From contig WGBG01000180.1 in NCBI GenBank assembly GCA_015494395.1, positions 10,329-74,328 on the forward strand: DNA of 64,000 nt. Reading direction: 5' to 3'. Under the pieces are notes generated by a model. That model saw only the letters and a list, made by a program, of their open reading frames with translations, made no database searches and was not told the DNA's origin. Below, piece by piece: positions 19,391 to 29,035 of this stretch. Each line of letters starts with the position of its first letter. The stretch's first letter is position 1. Source of the DNA: Deltaproteobacteria bacterium. GTDB taxonomy: Bacteria > Desulfobacterota > Dissulfuribacteria > Dissulfuribacterales > QOAL01. The position numbers were made by a program, and so were the translations under genes.

Positions 19391-19422
19391 TTTTGTAATT
19401 CCTTAGTAAATCCATCTGATTC

Positions 19423-20010
19423 TTACTTGGTGGCTCTCTTCCGCGTTATGCCAAACAGCCCCAGAAGACCTGTTCCAAGCAGCCATACTGCGCCTGGGAT
19501 AGGAACGGCATTGCATGAATTTTTCAGGTGCCCTTCCGCGGCCAGATCACGGCCATGCAGCTCGAACACTTCGCTATTCTTTTCTCCCTGTACCATAAAA
19601 CTGTCATATGAGTCATACCATTTAACTTCTGCAGGACCATCAAACTGAAACGACGCTAGGGTTGTATCATCAGTAATGATGGCTGATCCCCATAATGCAG
19701 CCCCAGTGAATGCAACGAAAGGAGTACCTTCAGGTGTAACATCTTCATACATTGGCATTGGGAAAAGAGGGTCAGGAGGAGTTTCAGTCACATTGACTAT
19801 ATTCGCTCCTTCGTATGTAAACGCCAGCGTGTATGCGCCCAGATTCAGTGATTCTCCTGGATCTACACCCATAACAAAATCTACTGAATACTCATCAGCG
19901 CCGGGCATTATGTCAAACCATGAGCTTGCCAGTGCGCTGTTTACAATCATAAAAAGTAATGCTGTTAGAAGTAATGTTCCACTAAAAAATTTGTTAAATA
20001 AGCTTTTCAT
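19423..20010 (-). CDS. secreted protein with PEP-CTERM-like (VPIPGA variant) C-terminal sorting signal
   Basis: Signal peptide (..NSALA). C-terminus is AVPIPGAVWLLGTGLLGLFGITRKRATK. AAGGAGA RBS. Confidence 0.7.
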   Translation of the reverse strand: MKSLFNKFFSGTLLLTALLFMIVNSALASSWFDIMPGADEYSVDFVMGVDPGESLNLGAYTLAFTYEGANIVNVTETPPDPLFPMPMYEDVTPEGTPFVAFTGAALWGSAIITDDTTLASFQFDGPAEVKWYDSYDSFMVQGEKNSEVFELHGRDLAAEGHLKNSCNAVPIPGAVWLLGTGLLGLFGITRKRATK

Positions 20011-20037
20011 GTTAAGTCTCCTTGTTGGATGATATTT

Positions 20038-20805
20038 TTAGTTACAGCTTTGCAACCATTCGGTTTTAAGAATCAGGAAGTCACTCAGGTTGACTGTACC
20101 GTCACCATTTATGTCTCCTTCTTCATAAGTAACGCCTGATTGTAGCCAGTGAGTTTTGATTATCAGGAAGTCACTGAGGTTGACAGTACCGTCACCATTG
20201 ATATCAGCTTGCAGACTGCAAATCACTGCATAGCTTACACCGGAAAAAGTAACTGTAGAGTCCAGATCCTCTCCGGTTGTAGAGGCGAAGTTGACATAGT
20301 TTGGGTATGTCGTACGATCCTTGCCCAAAGATAAAGTTATGCCGAACAGGCTCTCTGGATCACTAACAGGCATGGTATTTGTAGCCCTTGTAAAAGTGAT
20401 TGTGCCAAGGAGAACCTTGTCGCCACTGACACCGGCTGTAGGATCACTGGTGTCAAGCTTTCCCCCGAGGATTACAACAGAATCGGTACTGATTTCAGGG
20501 TCTTTGTATGGATAATTGGTGCTGGAATCACCGAAATACCATACACTCTCATTTTTATCTGCAGATACTATAGATAACTCATCCGGGTTGAATGTTACCT
20601 TGATACATTGACTTACCACTGGCGTATCAAGTTGTGCGTAAATGTTCAGTATAAGTTGATCAGCATCATACGTACCTTCTGCAGAAACCAAGGTGGCGGC
20701 CGATGCAGTAGTTACGGTCCACGCCATCATTAAAGCGGGAATGATTATCGCTTTAAAAAATGACATTATGATTTTTTTTGTAACTTTTAATCCATTCACA
20801 TTCAT
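20038..20805 (-). CDS. secreted protein with two C-terminal dockerin-type repeats
   Basis: Signal peptide. Tandem DINGDGTVNLSDFLI(I/L)KT(H/E)WLQS calcium-binding dockerin repeats at the C-terminus. The N-terminal domain is possibly cohesin-like. Confidence 0.7.
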   Translation of the reverse strand: MNVNGLKVTKKIIMSFFKAIIIPALMMAWTVTTASAATLVSAEGTYDADQLILNIYAQLDTPVVSQCIKVTFNPDELSIVSADKNESVWYFGDSSTNYPYKDPEISTDSVVILGGKLDTSDPTAGVSGDKVLLGTITFTRATNTMPVSDPESLFGITLSLGKDRTTYPNYVNFASTTGEDLDSTVTFSGVSYAVICSLQADINGDGTVNLSDFLIIKTHWLQSGVTYEEGDINGDGTVNLSDFLILKTEWLQSCN

Positions 20806-20919
20806 ATGCCTCCTTATATTAAATTTGATAATTCCCTTTGTCCGTTACTCATGTACCTGAGTATAAACTGGAAACCTCCTTTCCTTAATCTTTAAATATT
20901 ACATTTTTTATCATATACA

Positions 20920-20934
20920 GCAAATAGTGTGCCG
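20920..20934 (-). promoter_or_regulatory. sigma-54 (-24/-12) promoter
   Basis: The minus strand reads tCGGCAC-ACTAT-TTGCTg, against the consensus TGGCAC-N5-TTGCW. It lies ~115 nt upstream of ATG 20805. Confidence 0.65.
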
Positions 20935-21128
20935 ATGAAATATCATAAAAAAACCTTAGTGAGACGTTTATAATATTGTTTTTTTGAAATATCTTTAGTT
21001 TTTATGAAAAAAAATACCCAGTATTTTTTTTCCATTTGCCATATCTTGGCCAGCGTCAATGCTACTTCTTTCTGTTTAGTTGTTGTTATTCCATGCAATA
21101 GGTCATTGTTTATTGAAGAGTACCCAAA

Positions 21129-22526
21129 TTAATTTCCAAATCGGCTGGCTAATAACTGAATATCCTGGTCATTAATTACCCAGTTATGGTCCAAATCGCA
21201 AGACGGATCATACCCATGGGCAGGCTGGGCATAAAACACCATGTTGGCCAGGTCGCTGCCATCAAAGTCCTGATCGTAGTCATGATCACCATTTGTCTCA
21301 ATGGTCCGAACAGCCCTGACAATCAGGTACGTCGTATCGAGTTTGTCAAAACTGCAAATTTGTCCCTTGTAAAGGTCAAGATAGAATGCTGTGGAATAAT
21401 CAATATTGTTATTTGTGTCTAATGAATATATCGTTGAAGATGTCCAAAACAATATAAAGTTGAAGGGGTCGGCCGGGTCATACCAGTAGGGTATGGAAAA
21501 TAGATCAGGGATTGCTGGATTAGTGGTGCTGTAATCAGCCAATGACTGCATCTCATTACGATTTGGTAGCCGCCAGTCAGTGTAGCCAGCTAAGTTTGAA
21601 GTCTCACAATACTCTAATGCTTGTTCCCAGGAATATGTTCCCCACTCCTCGGGTATGTCTTCACACTCACCTGTACTATTATTGTAGGTTTGGCCCATGT
21701 AGCACTTCTGCCACATCAGACTGGTTGAAACATCGGTAATTGTACCATCTCCATTATCAATAAACCTGCTCTGGGGTACAGGTTGTCCGCCGCGAACCGC
21801 CCTTACCCAGTGCCTGTCGGTCTTGAAATAGTTGTCATCAACACACCTGTTGCTGAAACATACATACCATGCCCAGGTAGGCTGATCTGCCGCAGTAGTG
21901 GCAGACCAATAGTTGTCTGATATAGTATTGGGAAAGAAATCTGCGTCCACCGCAGGGGCCTCATCTGATGCGCCAAGGTTTACAAGTGTGGAGAGTTCTT
22001 TGACTGTCGGCATGCGCCAGTCTGAAAAACCGCCGAAATTATCTTGGTTTAGCTTTGCAATAAAGGCTTCAGTGTCATCTTCTGCTGCAGGATCGGCACA
22101 CGCCCCTTGATCTCCGCCATTGGTATCTGGATTTGTATCACACCAGGTAAAGTTGTTGTCCTTGTCATGAATGGAACCGTCATCAGTTTTGACTTCCCAT
22201 ATGAGTCCGGTGACATTGTCCCGGGTCATTACCCAGCCATCTGCCAAAGTTGCATCGTCGGGAAGTTCAACTCCATTATAACCAAGTTTTGTGTAGGAAC
22301 GTAAACCATTATACTGGGCATCCTGTCCATGAAAGGCCTCCCCAGATGCAGGACACTCAATTTCACTTGAGTTGTTGTAACACTTGTTTTGGCCTGTATC
22401 TGGCCAGTAATTGAAGGCTGCCCCCGCGTTGTTTCCGGCAAATGCTGATGCAAAAAGGCCGGTCATGCAAATTGTACATAATAAGGTACATAATCGTAAG
22501 ATTAGCGATATGGTTATATGTCTCAT
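21129..22526 (-). CDS. secreted DUF1566 (Lcl C-terminal domain) repeat protein with dockerin-like C-terminus
   Basis: Two DUF1566-type blocks (DWRMPTVKELSTL, DWRLPNRNEMQSL). The C-terminus DLDHNWVINDQDIQLLASRFGN is dockerin-like. ATG 22526 is preferred because GGGAGGA lies 6 nt upstream; the ORF track starts at TTG 22532. Confidence 0.7.
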   Translation of the reverse strand: MRHITISLILRLCTLLCTICMTGLFASAFAGNNAGAAFNYWPDTGQNKCYNNSSEIECPASGEAFHGQDAQYNGLRSYTKLGYNGVELPDDATLADGWVMTRDNVTGLIWEVKTDDGSIHDKDNNFTWCDTNPDTNGGDQGACADPAAEDDTEAFIAKLNQDNFGGFSDWRMPTVKELSTLVNLGASDEAPAVDADFFPNTISDNYWSATTAADQPTWAWYVCFSNRCVDDNYFKTDRHWVRAVRGGQPVPQSRFIDNGDGTITDVSTSLMWQKCYMGQTYNNSTGECEDIPEEWGTYSWEQALEYCETSNLAGYTDWRLPNRNEMQSLADYSTTNPAIPDLFSIPYWYDPADPFNFILFWTSSTIYSLDTNNNIDYSTAFYLDLYKGQICSFDKLDTTYLIVRAVRTIETNGDHDYDQDFDGSDLANMVFYAQPAHGYDPSCDLDHNWVINDQDIQLLASRFGN

Positions 22527-22602
22527 CTTCAATCCTCCCTGAGCGCTTTTTAGCCGGATGGTTGGGCAATAACAGAAAAATAATACAACGGCAATACATC
22601 AA

Positions 22603-22617
22603 GCAATTAGTGTGCCG
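22603..22617 (-). promoter_or_regulatory. sigma-54 (-24/-12) promoter
   Basis: The minus strand reads CGGCAC-ACTAA-TTGCTt, differing at one position within the 15-bp core from the promoter at 20920..20934 (a second difference lies just downstream of TTGCT). It lies ~77 nt upstream of ATG 22526. Confidence 0.65.
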
Positions 22618-22762
22618 GATGCTAAAATGATAAAAATCACATTAAAAAAAGAAATTGAAGGGTGAGTTCCGTTAAAAAATGTTGAAGTGAAAAAAAAGTC
22701 TCATTGTTTGTGCAATTAATTTCCTATAGGATAATATGGCATACGGGGCATATTGCACAGTG

Positions 22763-25057
22763 TCATATTACGCATAGTTTTGCATATTTCAAGTGGAGGG
22801 TTTTAATCCCACCAACTTCAAACAGCACTTTAACCTTTTCTGTTGAGATTTTTTGTATAATTTTGCCACGTCCAAAGGTTGAATGTCTTACCCGGGTGCC
22901 AGGTGCAAGTGGTATATCCCCCTGTTGGTCCGGTTCAAGCCCGCCACTGCCCTGAGAGGAATTTTTAGAGGTGACTGCAGGAGTTTTAGTACATGCTTCA
23001 AAACCCTGTTCCGCGTGAGTATTCAAGGGATGGGATGCAGGGTCAATTTGATGCAGGAGGCTGGACGGGATTTCCTTCAGAAACCGGCATGGTTCAGCAG
23101 GCGCAAGGCCAGCACCTGCCATGTTGATAAACATGGGATAGCAGAGGCACAGATAGTCCTTGGCCCGGGTAGCTGCTACATAGAACAGCCTGCGTTCTTC
23201 TTCCAGTTCATCTATGCTGTTTTGTGATGCTGGGGATGGAAATCTGCCCTCTGCCATGGAAAGTATATAAACCGCCTTCCACTCAAGGCCCTTTGCCGAG
23301 TGAATGGTGGATAATACCACACGTTTCCTGTTCGAAGAGTCATCCGGGCCTTTTTCCGGGGGATCAAGAGCCAGCTCATCAAGCAACTCCTGAATGGTGC
23401 CATACTTGGATGACATTGCAATAAGCTGGCTTATGTCTTGCTGCCTTTTGGGAAAGTCGTCAATATAGTTTGCCTGAAGAAATGGCCTGTACCATTTTTC
23501 AGCCATGTCCAGGATTTTGCGGAATTTTCCATGGCTGGCAAGATCGTTAATTTCAAGGAGCAGTTTTCCAAGTTCTTGTAACTTTTCAGCCCACCGGGCC
23601 CGGCTTGGATACTTTGCCAGCAGTCTGTGGGGATCACTGCTTTTTACAACTTCCGCAAAGATTTTTCCTGCTGTCTTTATGCCAAGGTGGGGAATAAGGA
23701 GCAGAGCCCGTTCAAGGCTCAACCTGTCAAGGGGATTCTGGGAAATGCGCAGTACGGAAATGAAATCCTTTATGTGGGCTGATTCTATCAGTCTCATTCC
23801 GCCCCGTTTTTCAAAGGGTATTCCTCGGGCGTTAAGTTCTGTTTCAAGCGCAAAGGAGTGAAACCCTGCCCTGAACAGCGCTGCAATCTCGTGTGGCTCT
23901 GTGCCATTATCAATCAGGGAGGCAATGTGGTCTGCCACAAATGCCGCCTGTTCATTCTCGTCCCTTGCCTGGTACAGTGCAGGAGGAACGCCACCTTTCC
24001 TGTGGGCAGTGAGGCGCTTGGAGAATTTCTGGCTGGCATTTGCTATTATGGCGTTGGTGCAGTCAAGGTTGGGTTGGGTTGAACGGTAGTTTTTTTCAAG
24101 TTTTATTATGGTGGTGCCCGGGAACAGGTGAGGAAAATCAAGTATATTGTTGATTGTGGCTCCCCTGAATGAATATATTGACTGTGCATCATCCCCAACC
24201 ACCATGACATTTTCATGTCCGGTGGCCATAAGCCTGACTATTTCAGCCTGGGCAGGATTGGTGTCCTGGTACTCGTCCACCATGATGAACTGGTATCGTG
24301 CTCCCATTTCCTGCCGTACCCTGGGGTTGTCAAGCAGAATGTCACGCCACCTCAACAGCAGATCGTCATAGTCCATTAGACCATGCTTTTTTTTGTAGCG
24401 GGTGTACGCATGGTGCAGCATGGTAATGGACTTCATGTCCCTGGACAGGTGCTGGTAATAGCGTTGTATTATATCCTCAATGGGCTTTGATGCATTTTCA
24501 GCCTTGCTGATAATGGCTGCAAGTGTAGCCTTTCTCGGGAACCGCTTGCCTGGACCTGTAAATTTCATCTCCCTTGCAAGCAGGTGTAGCAGATCCCTGG
24601 TATCCCCTGCATCCATGATTGTAAAGTTTGGAGAATACCCTGCCAGGTGGGCATGGGTTCTGAGCATGCGGTGGGCAAAGGAATGAAATGTCCCGCCGGC
24701 TACCTGGCTGCATGCATGGCCGGTGATCTCTGCTGCACGCTGCAGCATGCCAGAGGCAGCCTTGCGGGTGAAGGTTAACAGAAGGATGGATTCAGGAGGG
24801 ATACCCTCCATGATAAGTCTGGCAACACGATAGACTAGGGTGCGGGTCTTGCCACTTCCTGCACCTGCAATTACCAGCAAAGGGCCTTCAAGGTGTGTAA
24901 CAGCCCGGTACTGTTCAGGGTTTAGATGTGACTTGAAATCTTGCTCGGAAATGAGGGGCATGGGCCTGGCAGATAACCTTCCTGTTGGCGTTGCGGATAT
25001 TGAATCGCTCTGTTTTGTCAAGTGCATTATTTTGATGAAGTTGCTGCACTTTGACAC
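22763..25057 (-). CDS. UvrD/PcrA/Rep-family ATP-dependent DNA helicase
   Basis: Walker A (AGAGSGKT), DEYQDT, and the other helicase superfamily 1 motifs. The start is uncertain (GTG 25057, ATG 25027 or ATG 24961). Confidence 0.9.
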   Translation of the reverse strand: MSKCSNFIKIMHLTKQSDSISATPTGRLSARPMPLISEQDFKSHLNPEQYRAVTHLEGPLLVIAGAGSGKTRTLVYRVARLIMEGIPPESILLLTFTRKAASGMLQRAAEITGHACSQVAGGTFHSFAHRMLRTHAHLAGYSPNFTIMDAGDTRDLLHLLAREMKFTGPGKRFPRKATLAAIISKAENASKPIEDIIQRYYQHLSRDMKSITMLHHAYTRYKKKHGLMDYDDLLLRWRDILLDNPRVRQEMGARYQFIMVDEYQDTNPAQAEIVRLMATGHENVMVVGDDAQSIYSFRGATINNILDFPHLFPGTTIIKLEKNYRSTQPNLDCTNAIIANASQKFSKRLTAHRKGGVPPALYQARDENEQAAFVADHIASLIDNGTEPHEIAALFRAGFHSFALETELNARGIPFEKRGGMRLIESAHIKDFISVLRISQNPLDRLSLERALLLIPHLGIKTAGKIFAEVVKSSDPHRLLAKYPSRARWAEKLQELGKLLLEINDLASHGKFRKILDMAEKWYRPFLQANYIDDFPKRQQDISQLIAMSSKYGTIQELLDELALDPPEKGPDDSSNRKRVVLSTIHSAKGLEWKAVYILSMAEGRFPSPASQNSIDELEEERRLFYVAATRAKDYLCLCYPMFINMAGAGLAPAEPCRFLKEIPSSLLHQIDPASHPLNTHAEQGFEACTKTPAVTSKNSSQGSGGLEPDQQGDIPLAPGTRVRHSTFGRGKIIQKISTEKVKVLFEVGGIKTLHLKYAKLCVI

Positions 25058-25089
25058 ACCAGCCCTTTTGTTTCAAGAAGGAATATCAG

Positions 25090-26112
25090 TCATACCCCGT
25101 AGTATTCCCTGTACCACTCTACAAAACGTGGAATACCCTCTTCAAGGGTGGTGGATGGGTGGAAGCCCGTATCTCTTACAAGATCGTCTATATCAGCGTA
25201 GGTTGCAGGAACATCCCCTGGCTGCATGGGAAGCAGGTGCTTTTCCGCCTTTTTCCCAATGCACTCTTCCAGGACCTCAATGTACCTCATCAGTTCAACA
25301 GGCTTGTTGTTTCCAATGTTGTAAATCTTCCATGGGGCATAACTGGAAGAAGGGTCAGGATTGTCACCATCCCATGCAGGATCAGGCTTTGCCGGCATAT
25401 CAAGCACCCTGATCACTCCCTCAACTATATCATCAATGTATGTGAAATCCCGTTTCATCCTACCATAGTTGAATACATCAATGGGCCTTCCTTCAAATAT
25501 CGCTTTGGTGAACAGAAAAAGCGCCATATCCGGCCTGCCCCATGGTCCATAAACAGTAAAAAAACGCAGTCCTGTGCATGGAAGACCAAACAGGTGGCTG
25601 TAGGTGTGTGCCATAAGTTCATTTGCCTTTTTGCTTGCGGCATAAAGGGAGACAGGGTGGTCAACATTGTGATGGACGCTGAATGGCATTTTTGTATTAG
25701 AGCCATAGACAGAGCTTGATGATGCAAAGACCAGGTGCTTCACGCCGCCATGCCTGCAACCCTCAAGGATGTTCACAAATCCCAGCAGGTTGGTGTCAGC
25801 ATAGGAGTGAGGATTAATCAGGGAATACCGCACTCCTGCCTGGGCTGCCAGGTTTACAACTCCGTCAAAATTTTCAGATGCAAAGAGTTCTTTCATTGCA
25901 CCACGGTCAGCCATGTCCTTTCTTATCATCTGAAAGCCGGACTCTTTTTCCAGAATGGCGGCCCTTGCCTCCTTCAGGGAAGGGTCATAGTAGTCGTTAA
26001 AAATATCAAGGCCAATGACCTCCCTGCCCTGGGAAAGAAGTTTTGAGCAGAGATGAAAGCCTATGAAACCCGCGGCGCCTGTTATGAGAATTTTTTTAAT
26101 TTCAGTGTTCAT
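25090..26112 (-). CDS. NAD-dependent UDP-sugar epimerase (UDP-glucuronate 4-epimerase-like)
   Basis: From ATG 26112: [21 protein letters not shown] (GxxGxxG) and the YAASK catalytic motif. The ORF track starts at TTG 26127. Confidence 0.85.
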   Translation of the reverse strand: MNTEIKKILITGAAGFIGFHLCSKLLSQGREVIGLDIFNDYYDPSLKEARAAILEKESGFQMIRKDMADRGAMKELFASENFDGVVNLAAQAGVRYSLINPHSYADTNLLGFVNILEGCRHGGVKHLVFASSSSVYGSNTKMPFSVHHNVDHPVSLYAASKKANELMAHTYSHLFGLPCTGLRFFTVYGPWGRPDMALFLFTKAIFEGRPIDVFNYGRMKRDFTYIDDIVEGVIRVLDMPAKPDPAWDGDNPDPSSSYAPWKIYNIGNNKPVELMRYIEVLEECIGKKAEKHLLPMQPGDVPATYADIDDLVRDTGFHPSTTLEEGIPRFVEWYREYYGV

Positions 26113-26131
26113 AATATCTTGCCTCAATCGG

Positions 26132-27973
26132 TTATTCCACTGTTACACTCTTTGCCAGATTCCGTGGCTGATCAACGTCACACCCCCTGGCAAACGCAAT
26201 CTCATAGGCAATAAGCTGAAGCGGGATGGTGAAGATAAAGGGTTTGATTGCAGGATCTTTTGTGGCAGGCACCCTGATTACATGCTGGGCAACCCTTGAG
26301 ATATCATTATCACCATCCTCTGCCACGGCAATTATGATGCCCCGGCGTGAACGTACCTCTTCCACGTTGCTGACCATTTTTTCATATACATGGTCCCTTG
26401 GAACAAGGGCAACAACGGGCATGTTTCGGTCAATAAGGGCAATTGGGCCGTGCTTCATTTCACCAGCCGCATAACCCTCTGCATGAATATAGGAGATCTC
26501 CTTGAGTTTTAATGCCCCTTCAAGGGCTATGGGAAAATGCAGGTGCCTGCCAAGGTATAGAAAATCCCTGTACTGGTAAAACTCATCAGACAGCTCTGTG
26601 CATGCCTGGTGCATCTCCTCAAGCCGTTTTTCAATTATCCTGGGCACTTCAGAAAGGGCACGGATCTTCTCTGCCCGGGCTGCTGGATCCATGGTGTTTC
26701 TTGTCTGGGCAAGGAAAAGTGCCAGGATGTAAAGGGCCGTAAGCTGGCTGGTAAATGCCTTTGTTGAAGCCACGCCAATTTCCGGACCTGCATGGGTGTA
26801 GATGGTTCCGTCAGACTCTCTTGTTATGGTGCTCCCCACCACATTACATATGGCAATCACAGGGGATCCATGTTTTCTTGCAATACGAAGTCCTGCAAGG
26901 GTATCGGCTGTCTCTCCTGACTGGGATATCGGGACCACAAGCACTGTTTCATTTACAAGCAGACGGCGGTAGCGAAACTCTGATGCCAGCTCAACCTCCA
27001 CAGGTATTCCTGCCCACTCCTCAATCCAGTACTTTGCCACAAGCCCGGCATGCCAGGAGGTTCCGCAGGCAAGCAGCACTATCCTGCTGATTTTTGCAAG
27101 TTCTTCATTGGACAGTTTTATTTCAGGCAGATCAACATGGCCTGTTTCGGGAATTATCCTGCCCCTGAAGGTGTTAAGCACAGACTGGGGCTGTTCGTAA
27201 ATTTCCTTCAGCATGAAATGCCTGTACCCTGCCTTTTCTGCAGCGGTTGCATCCCATGATATGGTCTTTGCCTCGCGCTCCACAGACTCTCCTGTGTCAA
27301 TGCGGGAAATTTCAATGCTGTCTTTGGTAAGAACTGCCAGATCCCCATCTTCAAGGAATATGATTTCCCTGGTGTATGGAAGCAGTGCGGGAATATCAGA
27401 GGCCATGAAATTTTCGCCTTTTCCTGCACCCAGCACAAGCGGGCTTTCCTTTCTGGCAGCCACAAGTTTGTCAGGGGCACCCTTCCACAGGACACCCATT
27501 GCAAAGGCACCCTCAACTTCAGCAAGGCACCTCCTCACTGCCTCAACTATGTCATTTTCAAGGTATTTTTCAATAAGGTGAGCCAGGACCTCTGTATCTG
27601 TCTCTGAAACAAAGGTATGGCCTTCTTCGCGAAGTTGGTTCCTCAGGGTGAAGTAGTTTTCAATGATTCCGTTGTGTACGACCACCAGTTTGCCCTTGCA
27701 GTCGGTATGAGGATGTGCATTTTCTTCTGTTGGTGCACCGTGGGTTGCCCATCTGGTGTGACCAATGCCTATTGGGCAGTCACTTATCTTGCCGCCCTGA
27801 ACCATGTCACGAAGCCCCACCAGTTTGCCCTGGCATCGCATGCGCTGGACCTCTCCATCTTTAAGCCACGCAACACCGGCTGAATCATATCCGCGGTATT
27901 CAAGCCTTGCCAGGCCGTCTAGCAGCACCGGAAGTGCCGGTTTGGAACCCACATAACCAACTATGCCGCACAT
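26132..27973 (-). CDS. glmS: glutamine--fructose-6-phosphate aminotransferase
   Basis: The [10 protein letters not shown]-terminal nucleophile, two SIS domains, and the C-terminal ..LAKSVTVE. Confidence 0.95.
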   Translation of the reverse strand: MCGIVGYVGSKPALPVLLDGLARLEYRGYDSAGVAWLKDGEVQRMRCQGKLVGLRDMVQGGKISDCPIGIGHTRWATHGAPTEENAHPHTDCKGKLVVVHNGIIENYFTLRNQLREEGHTFVSETDTEVLAHLIEKYLENDIVEAVRRCLAEVEGAFAMGVLWKGAPDKLVAARKESPLVLGAGKGENFMASDIPALLPYTREIIFLEDGDLAVLTKDSIEISRIDTGESVEREAKTISWDATAAEKAGYRHFMLKEIYEQPQSVLNTFRGRIIPETGHVDLPEIKLSNEELAKISRIVLLACGTSWHAGLVAKYWIEEWAGIPVEVELASEFRYRRLLVNETVLVVPISQSGETADTLAGLRIARKHGSPVIAICNVVGSTITRESDGTIYTHAGPEIGVASTKAFTSQLTALYILALFLAQTRNTMDPAARAEKIRALSEVPRIIEKRLEEMHQACTELSDEFYQYRDFLYLGRHLHFPIALEGALKLKEISYIHAEGYAAGEMKHGPIALIDRNMPVVALVPRDHVYEKMVSNVEEVRSRRGIIIAVAEDGDNDISRVAQHVIRVPATKDPAIKPFIFTIPLQLIAYEIAFARGCDVDQPRNLAKSVTVE

Positions 27974-27979
27974 GATGTT

Positions 27980-28294
27980 TTACCCCTTTTGCAGTTGTGT
28001 CAGATACTCTTCCCATTCCATGGGAAGCAGATTTTTCTTCTTGTTGTTGCACTCCTTGCAGGCAGGGACCAGGTTTCCCCTGGTGCTCTTGCCGCCACGT
28101 GAAAGAGGAACCAGATGATCCATAGTTAGCATATCGCTACCCACCTGGCTATTGCAGTAATGGCAGACCCCTTTGGCGCATTTTTTTCTCCACCATGAGG
28201 TTTTCCTGAGCTGCCGCGCCCGCTGTTTTTCTCTTCTTATCTCTTCATCGTCAACAAAGGAGAAATTAAAAAATGTTTTTTGTGCCGTGGTCAT
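27980..28294 (-). CDS. small HNH endonuclease-domain protein
   Basis: 104 aa with CHYC..DHLVPLSRGG..NLVPACKECNNKK (HNH with two CxxC pairs). Confidence 0.8.
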   Translation of the reverse strand: MTTAQKTFFNFSFVDDEEIRREKQRARQLRKTSWWRKKCAKGVCHYCNSQVGSDMLTMDHLVPLSRGGKSTRGNLVPACKECNNKKKNLLPMEWEEYLTQLQKG

Positions 28295-28315
28295 TTCCTC
28301 CCTGGCTGGTGTTTT

Positions 28316-29035
28316 TTATGGTTCCTCCCCGTCCAGACGAAACCTGTAGCCTACTCCTGAATGGGTGATGATCAGACGGGGGCTTGATGGGTTGTCTTCT
28401 ATCTTCTGGCGAAGCCTTCTTATGTGTACGTCAATTGCCCGGCTCCACGGGTAAACCTCCTTGTCTTTCCAGAGTCTGTTACACAACTCTTCACGTTTAA
28501 CTACCTTGTTACAGTTTTCTACAAGGGTCAGCAGCAGCTCGAACTCCTTACGGGTGAGATTCACATGCTCTCCCCTGGCAGTCACTGTCCTCTGTTCAGG
28601 ATAGATGGTTATGTCACCTGCCTTTATCACCTGTTCTGTACGGGTTGTCTTGTCCCTGCGCCTGATACACGCCTTTATGCGTGCTGCAAGTTCCAGGAAT
28701 TCAAAGGGCTTGGTCATGTAGTCGTCAGCCCCCAGGTCAAGCCCCCGTATCTTGTCAGCAAGGCTCTCCCGTGCACTGAGGATTATAATCGGGATGTCAG
28801 ACAGCTTCCTCAAATGCTGGCATATTATCAGGCCATCAATGTCTGGCAGGGTGAGATCAAGAATGACAAGGTCCGGCTTAAAACTATCAAAAGCCTCCAT
28901 AGCCTCCTTGCCGGTTGACACACCCTTTGCCTCATAACCGTCCAGTGCAAGCTGATCCACAAGGACCTTTTGAATGTCCTGATCGTCCTCAACCACAAGT
29001 ATTTTCATTCCTTCCCTAGGTTCTCCCTCAATCAT
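28316..29035 (-). CDS. OmpR-family response regulator
   Basis: Receiver domain (KILVVEDD..DLVILDLTLPD) plus a winged-helix output domain (GVGYRF). Start is ATG 29035 (GGGGGA 8 nt upstream) or ATG 29008. The 29134 extension is rejected. Confidence 0.9.
   Translation of the reverse strand: MIEGEPREGMKILVVEDDQDIQKVLVDQLALDGYEAKGVSTGKEAMEAFDSFKPDLVILDLTLPDIDGLIICQHLRKLSDIPIIILSARESLADKIRGLDLGADDYMTKPFEFLELAARIKACIRRRDKTTRTEQVIKAGDITIYPEQRTVTARGEHVNLTRKEFELLLTLVENCNKVVKREELCNRLWKDKEVYPWSRAIDVHIRRLRQKIEDNPSSPRLIITHSGVGYRFRLDGEEP

Noticed and set aside
21094-21111. Shared TGCAAT and TCATTGTTT half-motifs upstream of both sigma-54 promoters (also at 22701-22716), considered as a possible enhancer-binding-protein site.
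   Set aside because: The two half-motifs occur in opposite order and at different spacing at the two loci. The region is AT-rich, so chance similarity is likely.
25051-25719. Long antisense or alternative-frame ORFs inside well-supported genes. Examples are 25051-25719 (+), 45242-45715 (+), 11263-11754 (-), 58104-58571 (-), 55681-56130 (-) and 54881-55396 (-).
   Set aside because: Each is fully nested in a gene with strong family signatures on the other strand or frame. Their translations are low-complexity with no recognisable motifs.
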